Under the pieces are notes generated by a model, which saw nothing but the letters and a program-made list of their open reading frames with translations, ran no database searches and was not told the DNA's origin. A program made the translations under genes and the position numbers. DNA of 55,135 bases, filler included, from Sphacelaria rigidula (taxonomy: Eukaryota): NCBI GenBank assembly GCA_964200075.2. It is 3 parts of 3 records of this genome, joined end to end, with 100 filler letters (N's around TTAATTAATTAA, not from the genome) between each part and the next. Parts side by side here need not be neighbours in the genome. Positions count along the whole stretch, not along the records: positions 1 to 18,316 come from CAXNAA020000877.1; 2 more parts are not named here. The stretch is one strand, 5' to 3'. Each line of letters opens with the position of its first letter. Within the stretch, counting starts at the first letter, position 1. This document shows positions 1-10,609 of this stretch, piece by piece.

Positions 1-60
1 CTCCGGGTTCTCATCCTCAATCAATAGCACCATCCTCAATATAGATGATTGGCTGTTTTT
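1..60 (-). repeat. fragment of dispersed repeat family (copies at ~33995-34205 and ~49950-50990)
   Basis: The reverse complement of 1-60 (AAAAACAGCCAATCATCTATATTGAGGATGG...TTGAGGATGAGAACCCGGAG) closely matches ~33995-34053. Confidence 0.75.
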
Positions 61-499
61 CCCTGACCTAAAGTCATGACCAATGAATTTCATATGGACG
101 ACCTTATGCTCCCCGACCTCCTCAAAACTACTTCGGGGGTTGCCCGTCTTCCGTGACTCCAAAGCGTATGTGCAGAAGCACCTTTTCGCCTCGATATCGG
201 GGCGAAAAGGGGGATGTTTTTAGCCCGAGAGTGGTGCTTTCGAACATACATTTCAGGGTCACGGAAGACGGGCAAACTCCAACCCTTGCCGGTTTCCACG
301 AAACGCGAAAAGAGATAGTGTTTTAACGCAACAAAGGGAATGATGATCATTTCGTGATAGTGATAGTGAAGTGACGGCCAACAACTTCAGTATCACGAGA
401 AACCACGCGCCGTTCTAATCGAGTATGCTAGGGTGGGAAACAAGTGATACAGAAACGGTAAAACACCACGCGAACAGACCAGCGACTTCAAGGAAGGCG

Positions 500-1790
500 G
501 CGATCATGCGCAAGGGGGTATGGGTATTGTCGCAGGTTGAAACGCGAACCGCCTTCTGCACGAGAAGAAGCAGCAGCTGGAGTATCAGCAGCATCCTTAC
601 TGCCAGTAGATGTACGCAGCTGGGGGTGGGTGTAAATCAGCCGGTGACGATATTGCTGCTGCTGCTGCTGTTCTTACTCATAAGAGAGACGGTCCGCGTT
701 CCGATCGTGCTACAACGCCCACGCACCTTGCACGTGATAGCCACTGTGCTGGGAAGCGCTGGCTCGTACTACCCGTCGATAGGTCTATGCTTGCTTACTA
801 GGCTAAGTGCTGAGATATATAGCTGCGCGCATCTCTGTATGCGAGCTGTGCACGTCGGGCGTGTCTCTCACGCGTGGCTGCTGCTGGTGATGGCAATGAA
901 GCCAGCGTCCAATACAGGGGAAAACAAGTGGTATGTAGTCGTACTGAAAATGCTACTACTGTACGGGCGTAACAACACGCAAACCGATCGTAGTCTACTT
1001 TCAATACTACTGTAGGAGGGGGCAAAAACGCGCCAGGTGCATGGGTACTGCCGCATGTCGAAACGCGGACCGCCTCCCGCACGAGAAGCAGCAGCACCAG
1101 CAGCACCAGCAGCAGTATCTTTATTGCCAGTGAATGTGTACGGCTTGGGGTGGGTCTGAATCAGCTGGTGCCAATTCTGCTGCTGCCGCTGCCGTTTTTC
1201 CTCATGCGAGAGACGGTCCGCGTTTCAATCGTGCTACAATGCCCACGCGTCTTGCGCGTGATCACCACCATGCCGGAAAGTGCTGGTCCGTACTGCCCGC
1301 TGATAGGTCAATGCTTCCTCACCAGGCTAAGTGCTAGAAGATACAGCTGTGCGCATATCTCGGTGCGAGCTGTGCACATCGGGTGTGTCTCGCACGCGTG
1401 GCTAATGCTGGTGATGGCGTTGAAAGAATGAAGACAGCGTCCAATACAGGGGAAAACAAGTGATATGTACTCGTACTGAAATGCTATGCCACAGTATACT
1501 GATACAATATGAGGGTAACAACACGCAAACAGGTCATGAATCGATTACAAGTGGAGAGGAGGAAATAACGCACCAGGTGCATGGGTATTGTCGCACGTCG
1601 AAACGCGGACCGCCTCCCGCACGAGAAGCACCCGCACCAGCAACACCAGCAGCAGTATCTTTATTGCCAGTAAATGTGTACGGTTAGGGGTGGTTCTGAA
1701 TCAGCGGGTGCACTGCTGCTGCTGCTGCCGCTCCTAGACGATCCGCGTTTCGACCGTGCGACAACACTCACGCACCTTGCGAGTGATGGT
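500..1790. repeat. tandem array of ~520-540 bp units (2 full + 1 partial), each containing a long imperfect inverted repeat
   Basis: The motif TGGGTAyTG.CGCA.GT.GAAACGCG.ACCGCCT...GCACGAGAAG recurs at ~521, ~1042 and ~1582. Each unit carries the complementary arm ...GAC(G)GTCCGCGTT(T)C... about 150 bp downstream. Confidence 0.9.
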
Positions 1791-2437
1791 CTCTGTCGTA
1801 TTGGTCACCTGCAAACTCTGCTCCGATACTCTGTAAGCTGACATCGTTAGAAGGACACTACCATAACCGCCTTGCCGTCTGCCAGACTGTCACAGACTCT
1901 CAGGAAGTGGGATCCGCTAGCATTGCTACTGTCTGTACGGGGGTGTCGCCCCCTTGTCAGTCACGTTGTGGAGCATGATACCAGATAGATGAAGATCACT
2001 CTTCCTTGTACATGAGCACCAAACGCTGGGCTTCTCACTCAAGACTTCGATTTGGAGGACGATATTAGGTAGTCAGCGGCAACTGCTGTGTGTCCAGGTC
2101 CCCCTTGGAGCAGGATGCGTTTGGTGTCCGTTTGACGAAGTTATCCCCAAAAAAACGAAATCGATAAGGGTTTTAGACTGGAGAAATCTAGCAGAAAAAA
2201 TATCGCGATAACAACGCCTCAAAAACCACGACGCAAAAAATATATCGCAAGAACCACGACGCAAGAACCATGACGCAAAAAACCTCTTAGTCGAATTTTG
2301 ACCCGCAGCAGAAACCAACTTCACTTCGTGAAATTGGAATAGCTCAGCGGTATCATCATCCACCAGTTGAGCTTTATTGTATAGCCCAGCGGTACCTTCT
2401 TCCACTAAATGGGTAATATCACAGAACTAATTCAACT

Positions 2438-2457
2438 CATGAGTTGTCCGACGTGTG
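2438..2457. mobile_element. isolated terminal inverted repeat of the CACACGTCGGACAG family
   Basis: CATGAGTTGTCCGACGTGTG matches the right TIR of the elements at 30956-32465 and 43467-43724. No partner end was found. Confidence 0.6.
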
Positions 2458-2460
2458 CTA

Positions 2461-3145
2461 CCCCTGACCCTAGCCCCAACCCAACGCATTCCGAGAACCC
2501 TCGGGCGAGGGCGGAACATACATCACCTAGAAAAAGTGCGGCCTTCGTAGACCCCAAATCGGCGCCTGTGGCGCGGATTTCAACGACAAAAGTGTTATGT
2601 GCTCGCGAGGAGTACACGAGACTGTCAGCCCTCCAAAATTTCGATTCTCGTCGTTCACACTCAAATCGAGTAATAGCAGACATTCTTAAACGTAGCCCAA
2701 CGCCAGGAAATTTACTGCAGTGGCCTGTAGTGTGAACGACGACGATCAACTAAACTCGTCAATACCACCACTCCTGTTCCACCTCTCACGTACTTGGAGC
2801 GTGGGACATCAAGATCAACTTTTTTACGGCATATCGCAGTACAACTCCACCTCTGTCCGATCCATGCACCCTCCTCGATAGGGGGCTCAGCCTACACAAA
2901 CCGCCGACTGCGCGCATTTCGTTGTCATGTAGCTTGTTAAAAATAATGACACGTCGATCTCGTAAAGTTCATCGGCGTTGAGCTACGTTTTAGAATGGTT
3001 GATAACACTTGATTTGAGTGTGATTGACGAGGATCGGACACCACAGGCGCCGATTTGGGGTCTACCGAAGCCCCACTTTGCCTAGGGAAGGTATGTTCCG
3101 CTCTTGCCCGGCGGTTCTCGGTATGCATTGGGTTGGGGTTAGGTA
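2461..3145. repeat. two inverted copies (2461-2706 and 2970-3145) of a repeat with a telomere-like CCCTAACCCCAACCC head
   Basis: CCCCAACCCAA.GCAT.CCGAGAACC...GTAGACCCCAAATCGGCGCCTGTGG...CACACTCAAATC is present on + at 2461-2706 and on - at 2970-3145. Confidence 0.85.
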
Positions 3146-3188
3146 AAATTGTGTCAACCATTTGAAAACGTAGTCTAACGACGGTTAA

Positions 3189-3290
3189 CCCTTAGACCGC
3201 GGTGCGGGTAGTCCTTCTGAATCACGCATACTTTTTTCAAGTGAAAACTGATGCCGATTCAGCGGGTGACCTACCCTCGCGTTATAAGGG
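3189..3290. mobile_element. piggyBac-like MITE
   Basis: Ends read TTAA|CCCTTAGACCGCG ... CGCGTTATAAGGG|TTGA. CCCT/AGGG ends with a TTAA target are piggyBac hallmarks. The core TTTTTCAAGTGAAA..GATGCCGATTC recurs elsewhere in the window. Confidence 0.7.
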
Positions 3291-3892
3291 TTGACGAGCC
3301 TCTCATTATGCTACACGTCAACGTGTCGTGCAACAATTTGAAATGTGCATTTGACCGTCTTTCGAATAAATTGTTGATTCTGAATTCGATCTGTTACTCT
3401 CAATCTCACAAAAAAATGGCCATGCTTACGTTATCAAGCGCTTGACATATTCAATGCCATTCCACTTGTCGTCTTGCCCATGCGCACATGTACCGCCAGA
3501 CACATCAAGAACACGACCGGGTGTACTGCGAAGAACGGGATGGTCATGCGAGCAACTTAACAGCTACGACGGCACCACTACTGCTCAGTGCCGTGCAAAT
3601 ACTGTGAGGTTACTGGAACAAAAAAGCCGGACAAGTACAAGAAAAAATGTTGGAAACACCAGGAACCTGCAGAAAATAAAATGTCTCAGAACACAAAGAT
3701 GCGTGAGTGATTATTTGGCGTCCTCGTCTTCCTCACCCGTCACCCAACAGAGCAGCACCAGACAGCCCAGACTAACCCAAAAAGATGATGTATCGTAGTC
3801 GTACAAACCCGCAAAAATACGGCGAAATGTCGCCCAACAGACCAAGCCAACGTCAGCTGGCGAAACCTACATGTACGGATGGACTCATTGAG

Positions 3893-5482
3893 CTACTTCG
3901 TTCGTCGGCTGGATACCGCCGCGGAGACGTGACCAGAAGGCGTAGACACCCCCAACTCACACTTAATATCGCTTCCCTCTACAGATATACCATCAGTCGC
4001 CGTTGCCACACCAAGTGCCACTTCCACCGGCACTACTCCACGTAGTCGCTTGGCGCTTCTATTTCCACTGACGATGCTGCTACTGCAGCTCGGGTCTTTG
4101 ATGATGCTAGAATTGCCGTTGGCCACGCTACGATAAAGGCTCGATCGTGCAGCAGCTAGTTCGTTGCTCGTTATCCCTTCAGAAACACGCGCGGCGGGGA
4201 AAGTCATCTCCATTTTCACGTTCATGCGCCTCGCTGCCCTATCCGGCGGAACCCCGTCTCCTGCCGCAGCGCTGGCGGCCTGTCCCGAGGCGGCCGGCGG
4301 TGAGGTCGTTGAGTCTATATCGTCTCGTCTAGCCCGACTGGCGCACGAGCTGCGATGGATCTCAACCCTACGACCACCGTCGCTCGCGTTGCGACCGGCA
4401 GCCGACGGATGATTGGGCTTTCTACTACCCCCCCTGCCGCGCGTGGTTGTTCTTGCACCGACCATGCGAGTCAGAGCGTGCGCAGAGCAGAACTCCGCCT
4501 CCCCACTACCCGCTACACCAAACGACGGACTTGTGGAGCAGCCCTCCTCGCTGCACCGCTTGCGTTTCACATTGACCATGCCAGCCTGCGCGTGTGTGGC
4601 GCAGAACTCGGCCTTCCCGCTGCCCGCTACACCAAACGACGGCAATGTGAAGCAGCCCTCTTCGCCACACTTCTTTCTGACACCGACCATGCCAGCCCGA
4701 GCGTGTGTGGCGCAGAACTCCGCCTTCCCGCTACCTGCTACACCGAATGACGGACTCGTCGAGCAGCCCTCCTCGACGCACTTCTTGTTTTTCACATCGA
4801 CCATGCCAGCCCGAGCGTGCGTGGCGCAAAACTCTGCCTTCCCGCTACCCGCTACACCGAATATCGGCCATGTGGAGCAGCCTTCCTCGCTGCACCTCTT
4901 GCTTTTCACATCGACCATGCCAGCCCGAGCGTGTGTGGCGCAGAACTCCGCCTTCCCACTACCCGCTACACCAAACGACGGCCTCGTGGAGCAGCCCTCG
5001 TCGTGGCACCGCTTGCTTTTTACATTGACCATGCCAGCCTGCGCGTGTGTGGCGCAGAACTCCGCCTTCTTACCGCTGCCCGCGACACCAAACGACGGCC
5101 ATGTGGAGCACCCCTCCTCACCGCACTTCTTGTTTGTCACATCGACCATGCCTGCCCGAGCATGCGCGGCGCAAACCTCCGCCTTCCCGCTCCTCGCCAC
5201 ACCAAATGACGGCCTCGTGGAGCAGCCATCCCTGCTGCACCTCTTGCTTTTCACATTAACCATGCCAGCCTGAGCGTGTGTGGCGCAGAACTCCGCCTTC
5301 CCGCTACCTGCTACACCAAATAACGGCCTTGTGAAGCAGCCCTTCTCGCCGCACCTTTTGTTGACCATGCTAGCCCGAGCGTGTGTGGCGCAGAACTCTG
5401 CCTTCCCGCTACCTGCTACACCAAATGACGGCCATGTGAAGCAGCTCTCCTCCCTGCAACTCTTGTTTTTCGCACGGATCAT
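3893..5482 (-). CDS. EsV-1-7 cysteine-rich repeat protein (9 tandem ~38-aa C-x4-C...C-x2-H repeats plus a low-complexity C-terminal tail); true start uncertain
   Basis: The 529-aa ORF has the repeat consensus MVxVKxKxCxEEGCSTxPSFGVAGSGKAEFCATHAxAG, the pattern of the EsV-1-7 family of brown algae and Ectocarpus siliculosus virus. Confidence 0.9.
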   Translation of the reverse strand: MIRAKNKSCREESCFTWPSFGVAGSGKAEFCATHARASMVNKRCGEKGCFTRPLFGVAGSGKAEFCATHAQAGMVNVKSKRCSRDGCSTRPSFGVARSGKAEVCAAHARAGMVDVTNKKCGEEGCSTWPSFGVAGSGKKAEFCATHAQAGMVNVKSKRCHDEGCSTRPSFGVAGSGKAEFCATHARAGMVDVKSKRCSEEGCSTWPIFGVAGSGKAEFCATHARAGMVDVKNKKCVEEGCSTSPSFGVAGSGKAEFCATHARAGMVGVRKKCGEEGCFTLPSFGVAGSGKAEFCATHAQAGMVNVKRKRCSEEGCSTSPSFGVAGSGEAEFCSAHALTRMVGARTTTRGRGGSRKPNHPSAAGRNASDGGRRVEIHRSSCASRARRDDIDSTTSPPAASGQAASAAAGDGVPPDRAARRMNVKMEMTFPAARVSEGITSNELAAARSSLYRSVANGNSSIIKDPSCSSSIVSGNRSAKRLRGVVPVEVALGVATATDGISVEGSDIKCELGVSTPSGHVSAAVSSRRTK

Positions 5483-5650
5483 GCCGGCCTGAGCGATTGT
5501 GGCACAGAACTCTGCCTTCCCCGCTACCCGCTACACAGAATGACGGCCTTGTGGAGTAGCCCCCCTCGCCGCACCTCTGGTTTTTCACATCGACTATGCC
5601 AGCCCAAGCGTATGTCGAGCAAAACTCCACCTTCTAGCTACCCGCCACGC
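5483..5650 (-). pseudogene. decayed upstream EsV-1-7 repeats (stop codon and +1 frameshift)
   Basis: Reads VAGS*KVEFCSTYAWAGIVDVKNQRCGEGGYSTRPSFCVAGSG. An extra C follows (GCCTTCCCCGCT at ~5515-5525, versus GCCTTCCCGCT in intact units) before KAEFCATIAQAG. Confidence 0.8.
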
Positions 5651-6739
5651 TGTGCCCTCGTCGGAAAATCCCTGCGGGCACATGAAGTAGGCATCCCTCC
5701 ACGGCTGTACTAAGAGCACAACAGAGGGCGTGGGAGCTCCGCTGCTGCTATAATCCACACCGCCACAGACCTGAGCGCATGTATCAACTGACCAGTACAG
5801 CAATAGCCTGGAATAATTGACAAGTAAGGGCAACGAAAAATCGTGTCGAAAGGAAAAGTGGATTGACCGCTATCACAGGTCCTTGGTGACAAAGAGATTC
5901 GTGAGCTGCGGTGTTCTTACAACATGAACGCGCTTCAAGAAGCAGAGGGGAACCGGCGTCATTTTTGTGAGAAGACGAGAGCTGCTACCGTGACTGCACC
6001 ACGGCGGGGCGAGTATAAGATTGGAGCAGTGCTTGACCCTTGAGGTCCTCACAATTGTCGTGCTCAGGTCGCACGTATGTGTGTGCTCACACAATTAGTT
6101 CAACATACGACGACAACAGAGGGTTCTGGAAAATGTTATTTTGCATATCAAAGGTGGAGTGAAAGAAACAATAGCCAGTAACGGCGCACGTTCCACTACC
6201 AAAAGTTCTCCAGAGCGAATGTTTCAGAGTAGGGAGTTCCCACTTTGGAGAATTCCGTTTGGAACTATCCACTCTGAAAACTGATGTATCTCTTCAAACT
6301 TCATAGCAGAACGAAAAATACTCACCCCCAACTTCACCACCACGGCCATAGCCAGTCCGCGATCAATACACCCTAACTAGCAAAGTGGGACACCCATCAT
6401 AACTGCCATGCCCATCAAAATGGATCATTCACGAAGTAGCAACGCTTGGCATCGAAATCAGAGGACATCTCTGACGCCGCCATAGTATCAGTATTTCCTT
6501 GGTTGTGTTGCGTGAAATTGAAATGCTCGGCGGGTACACAACGTTGACTTCAGTGCAGTTCCTCACTCTTACCAGCCTCGGCTGAAAGAGGACTGCGTGG
6601 AAGATTCGTAGTCTACAGCGCACAAGTAGTACTACACCTTGCTGCATTACCATTCCCTGACAGATCGTGAAGTCTTGTACCACCCTTATGGGTGGCATGT
6701 TGGAAAATCATTTCAATGCGGCTTTGCCTATTGTTTGGA

Positions 6740-7010
6740 AGTGCTGCGTACTGTACTGAACTACTGTACACGTGACTGTACGGTATCGCTGTAGTTGACC
6801 GTACCCCAATGTACTGTTGTAGGCTTCTGTATCGAGCCCTCTGCACTGCTCTGTCCGTACTTTACACTGCACAACCCTACAGCACTGCAGTGCACCGTAG
6901 TGCGGTGAAGTAGTGCAAGTGCAGTGAAGCGTAGTGTACGGCATGGTGCGGTGCCGCAAGGTACGGTACAACACAGACTCGCCACGCTTAATTGTACAGT
7001 CAACGCTGTG
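6740..7010. repeat. low-complexity (ACTGT/CAGT/GTAC-rich) simple repeat
   Basis: Dense TACTG, ACTGCA, GCAGTG and GTACGG motifs. Confidence 0.6.
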
Positions 7011-7294
7011 CTGACAAATGAATTCCGACCCGGACGCTGGTCACTTGTACATTTGGCAGGGCAACCTGCGGCTAGTCACTGGGACAAAAAAAAGTCAACG
7101 TCGAGACACGTCACATCAGCTTCGGCTATAAACTTTTCGGCGTCCACTCTGAGCTCCCAAAAAGCTTCCAATGTGGACTTCTTCCACTCTGACTTTATGA
7201 TGCGAAAACGTATTTTCCGACATTCTTTGAGTATATACAAAAGCTGTCCTTAAAGTGAAATTTCGGAAGACAATCGTTTGCTTTGCTTGAGAGT

Positions 7295-10105
7295 TCCTTT
7301 CCCCCGACCGCCACCTGTCTGTGGTTGGTTGTGTCGGGTTAGGCTAACCCTGTCGACAACACAACCAATAAGTAAGGGAGGGTAAGTTGACCTACTGGCT
7401 TGCCTGCGTTTTGTGTCAGTGGCAATGCAACACACAGTCTAGGTAGTGGGTCATGCCGACAGCGCTGACGTCCAGGCTCAATTCTGCAGCTTCGGAATTC
7501 TACCCTAGAATGGGAACCAGATTGAACCCCGCAGCTGCAGCTGTTTACCCGGCGTTGAGACACAGCCACGGAAAGCACGATGATGGAGATGAGGCTCATG
7601 TGGGTAAGTATCATATTCGGCGGACTGGAGATAGCGGCCGACGCGGGATGGGAAGGCTGTACCCTTCCCGCGAGACCAACAAGCAAGGCAAGTACCGTGA
7701 TGACGTGCCAGAGGAAAATCGGAACAGATAAAAGCTCGCCCATATAATTAGGAGGCGGAACAGACCAAGAAGGAGAGAAAAGCAAAGAGAAAGACGCGTG
7801 AATATAGAGAAGGCTAAAGCTGGGTTGCGTAGTGGGGAGCTCAAAGTGGTCACCTATAACGTCTGTACACTGTCCCTCACGAGAAAGAATGGAGCTGGCC
7901 ATACTGAGGTGGTCCTGCAAATATGTCAGGCTGTCGGATGTGACGTCATCGGGCTATAGGAAACGGGGGGACCAGGTCGACGCGAATTTTGTGCGGCGGG
8001 ATATCGTGTATTTTGCTTCGGGCAGAGAGGGGCAAGGAAGGGGCTGGTCAACATGGGGTTGGGTTGGCGGTCAAGGGGTCGATCATCAGCAAGGAAACGT
8101 GGACACAAGCACCCATCAGCGAACGTCTCGTGTCGATGACTTTCAACCTAGCGGGTAAATCAAATTATGCTACGTTTGTAGCTGCATATGCCCCTACAGA
8201 CACGCCACAATCAAGAGAAGAGAGAGAGATGTATTCTAGACTGAGCTAGACGGCATTGTGAACGGCATCACTCACAAACATCACCTGTTTTTATTTTCAT
8301 GCAGGCTAAGGACTGGAGTACGAACAGGAGAGGAGGAACGTAAAATTGTAGCATACGGTCGGGACTCCCGATCCAACCACAGTAACGGTATATCTCTTAT
8401 GCAATTTGCAGGCGACAACAGGCTTTCCCTAGTCAACACGTTTTTCCCCCCCACAAAGGGAAACACCTCGCGTACGTTCAACGGTGTTGCGTATCGCCCC
8501 GCGGACAAGAAACGCCTTGACTACGTCCTCACACGGCAACATCACCGCAGGCTTGTTCGCAATGTCACCGTTCACCTTCAACTTTCCAACTCGCCGGACT
8601 CTGACCACAACATCGTGTGCGCCTCAGTGTGGCTTTTTGGTTGCTTCGCACACAACAGAGCTAGACGAATCCCAAATAGGCGTACACCCATCGACGAACG
8701 AGCGATAGTATATGACCCCGACAGACGTGAACAGCTGACCCAGCTTATCATCAGCGAGCTCAAACGAAGTATACCTAGCGATACAGTTGGTTTACTGACT
8801 ACGAACTTTACCGACGTACTCTTGAATGCCGCTGACAAGGAGGTACCCTGTATGGCCCGAAAGCCACGTATACCGGGGTGGTTCAAGGATGCTGAAATCA
8901 GAACGGCATTGAAGAGGCCTGGATGGAGATGGAAAGGGCGAGATCAACGATGAGACTGGGATCATCTCGAGATAAGCCCGCATGGCGCACATTGCGAGCA
9001 GCATGCAAAAAAGGTCAAAGAGGTGATCCAAGTTGGGACGAACAAATATAGGGAGGTATATTCTAGAGAACTAGAAGAGTATACTCGAGCGGGGGATATG
9101 AGAGGATTTTCTTTCCCTTGATGGAAAGAGGAAACTCAACCCAACACTTACCCCGCAAGCGATCGCAGGCGATCGCTAGCGAGTTCGTGTGCCGATTACC
9201 CGAAGGCTTGGCTTGAGGATGGAACAGACACCTCAACGGAGGGTGGAGACCGTCTGGACGACCGATCGAGACTGAGCAATACATTCGAGATGAGGACGGC
9301 ATTTTACTGCGGGCGAAGGTTTAATCAGTGGGAGATGGGAACCGTACTTCTCTACATCGTTGAACGCCATATCGGCAACCAACTATCGACCGAACCGTCA
9401 TCGAGAAGATTGCTCAACGACCAAAAGCGCTGTCACTAGGAAACCCGCTAAGCCCAGGTGAAACTGAGGAGGCTCTGACAGCTATGTTGAACGGCTACAA
9501 TCGGTCCGCATGGTATTTCTGCTGAAATCCTGAAGCTTGCACTGAACGGGGAGGCGTCGGAGATTCTGTACCACTTGCATAGCATCGTCTCTGCGGTTTG
9601 GACATCTGGCGAAGTGCCGCAAGAATGGAAATATGTCACTATCAAAGTGCTACACAAAAAAAAAAATGCGATCGAGTGTGGTAACTACAGAGGCATCTCA
9701 CTTGTGGCACATACTACTATAGTTCTCGTCAAAATCGCAGCCAACAGGCTCGGTAATTTCTGCGAGGAAACAGATGTCTTCCCGGAATAAGCAGGGTGGA
9801 CTTAGGCGCCAAAAATCGACCGCAGACATGATGTTCGTAGTACGCAGACTTCAGGATTTTGGACGGGCGAGCAACGTCCCAATCAACATATGCTTTATCG
9901 ATTTGCAGAAAGCCTACGATTCCGCAGACTGCACACTTCTGTGGGAAGTGCTTGCTCGGTTCGACGTCCCGTCGCGAATGATCACCATCATCATCCGATA
10001 TTTCACGACGGCATGCGAGCTCGGGTAGATCTAGATAGTGGCGAACTATCAACGTGGTTCCACGTCTGGCAGGACTCAGACAAGGTTGCGTTTCGCCCCC
10101 GCTGG
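7295..10105 (+). mobile_element. decayed non-LTR retrotransposon (RTE-like LINE): 5' UTR, APE endonuclease and partial reverse transcriptase; 3' part lost
   Basis: APE motifs: LKVVTYNV, CDVIGL*ET, QHGVGLAV, FVAAYAPT, RLDYVL, SDHNIV. RT motifs: [39 protein letters not shown]. It carries many stops and frameshifts and ends before the YADD motif. Confidence 0.93.
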
Positions 10106-10609
10106 TGCGAGGGAATCCTTGCAGGCGGCATGGTTGTCATTCTCGTACCACAGCAATCTGTCTGATGCCGCCTCTCGTGGGCATAAACAAAAACACTCAA
10201 AAACTGTCTGATTCATCCATTCGGAGCCGATTCTTGCCGGAATACGGAGCTAGGTGGATATGTGCCACCGTCGATAAAAATGTATGCTGTATAGACTGCT
10301 CTGCTTTGCATCGCGCTTCCAATTTTCTTTTCAGTTCTTACATTGCAATGGAAAAGGGACACAAGAGACAGACGGTCTCCATGAAGGAGCGCAAGAACAG
10401 CATACAAGCAGGACAGACGGAAAGAAAGTAAGGACCATAGATTGACACTGACGATTCTTTCGCGCATCGTACCACGCAAATTCCAGACATGATCGTTCTA
10501 GTTCGAGTGACGTCCTTCCACGTGCGCAAGGGCGCGCAGCAAGGCGGAGCTGAGACCGGAGTCGTCGCTCGGCAAGCTCCCGCTAGGTTCTCCCGTGCCA
10601 TCTCTGGCC

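Noticed and set aside
425-1015. 196-aa ORF with poly-Leu stretches
   Set aside because: It derives from CTG runs of the tandem hairpin unit, and the frame is not preserved across units.
4413-5273. 286-aa repetitive ORF on the plus strand
   Set aside because: It is the antisense shadow of the EsV-1-7 repeat array.
3893-5650. Integrated phaeovirus genome suggested by the EsV-1-7 domain
   Set aside because: No viral core genes or gene-dense intronless block are present, and EsV-1-7 genes form a large host family in brown algae.
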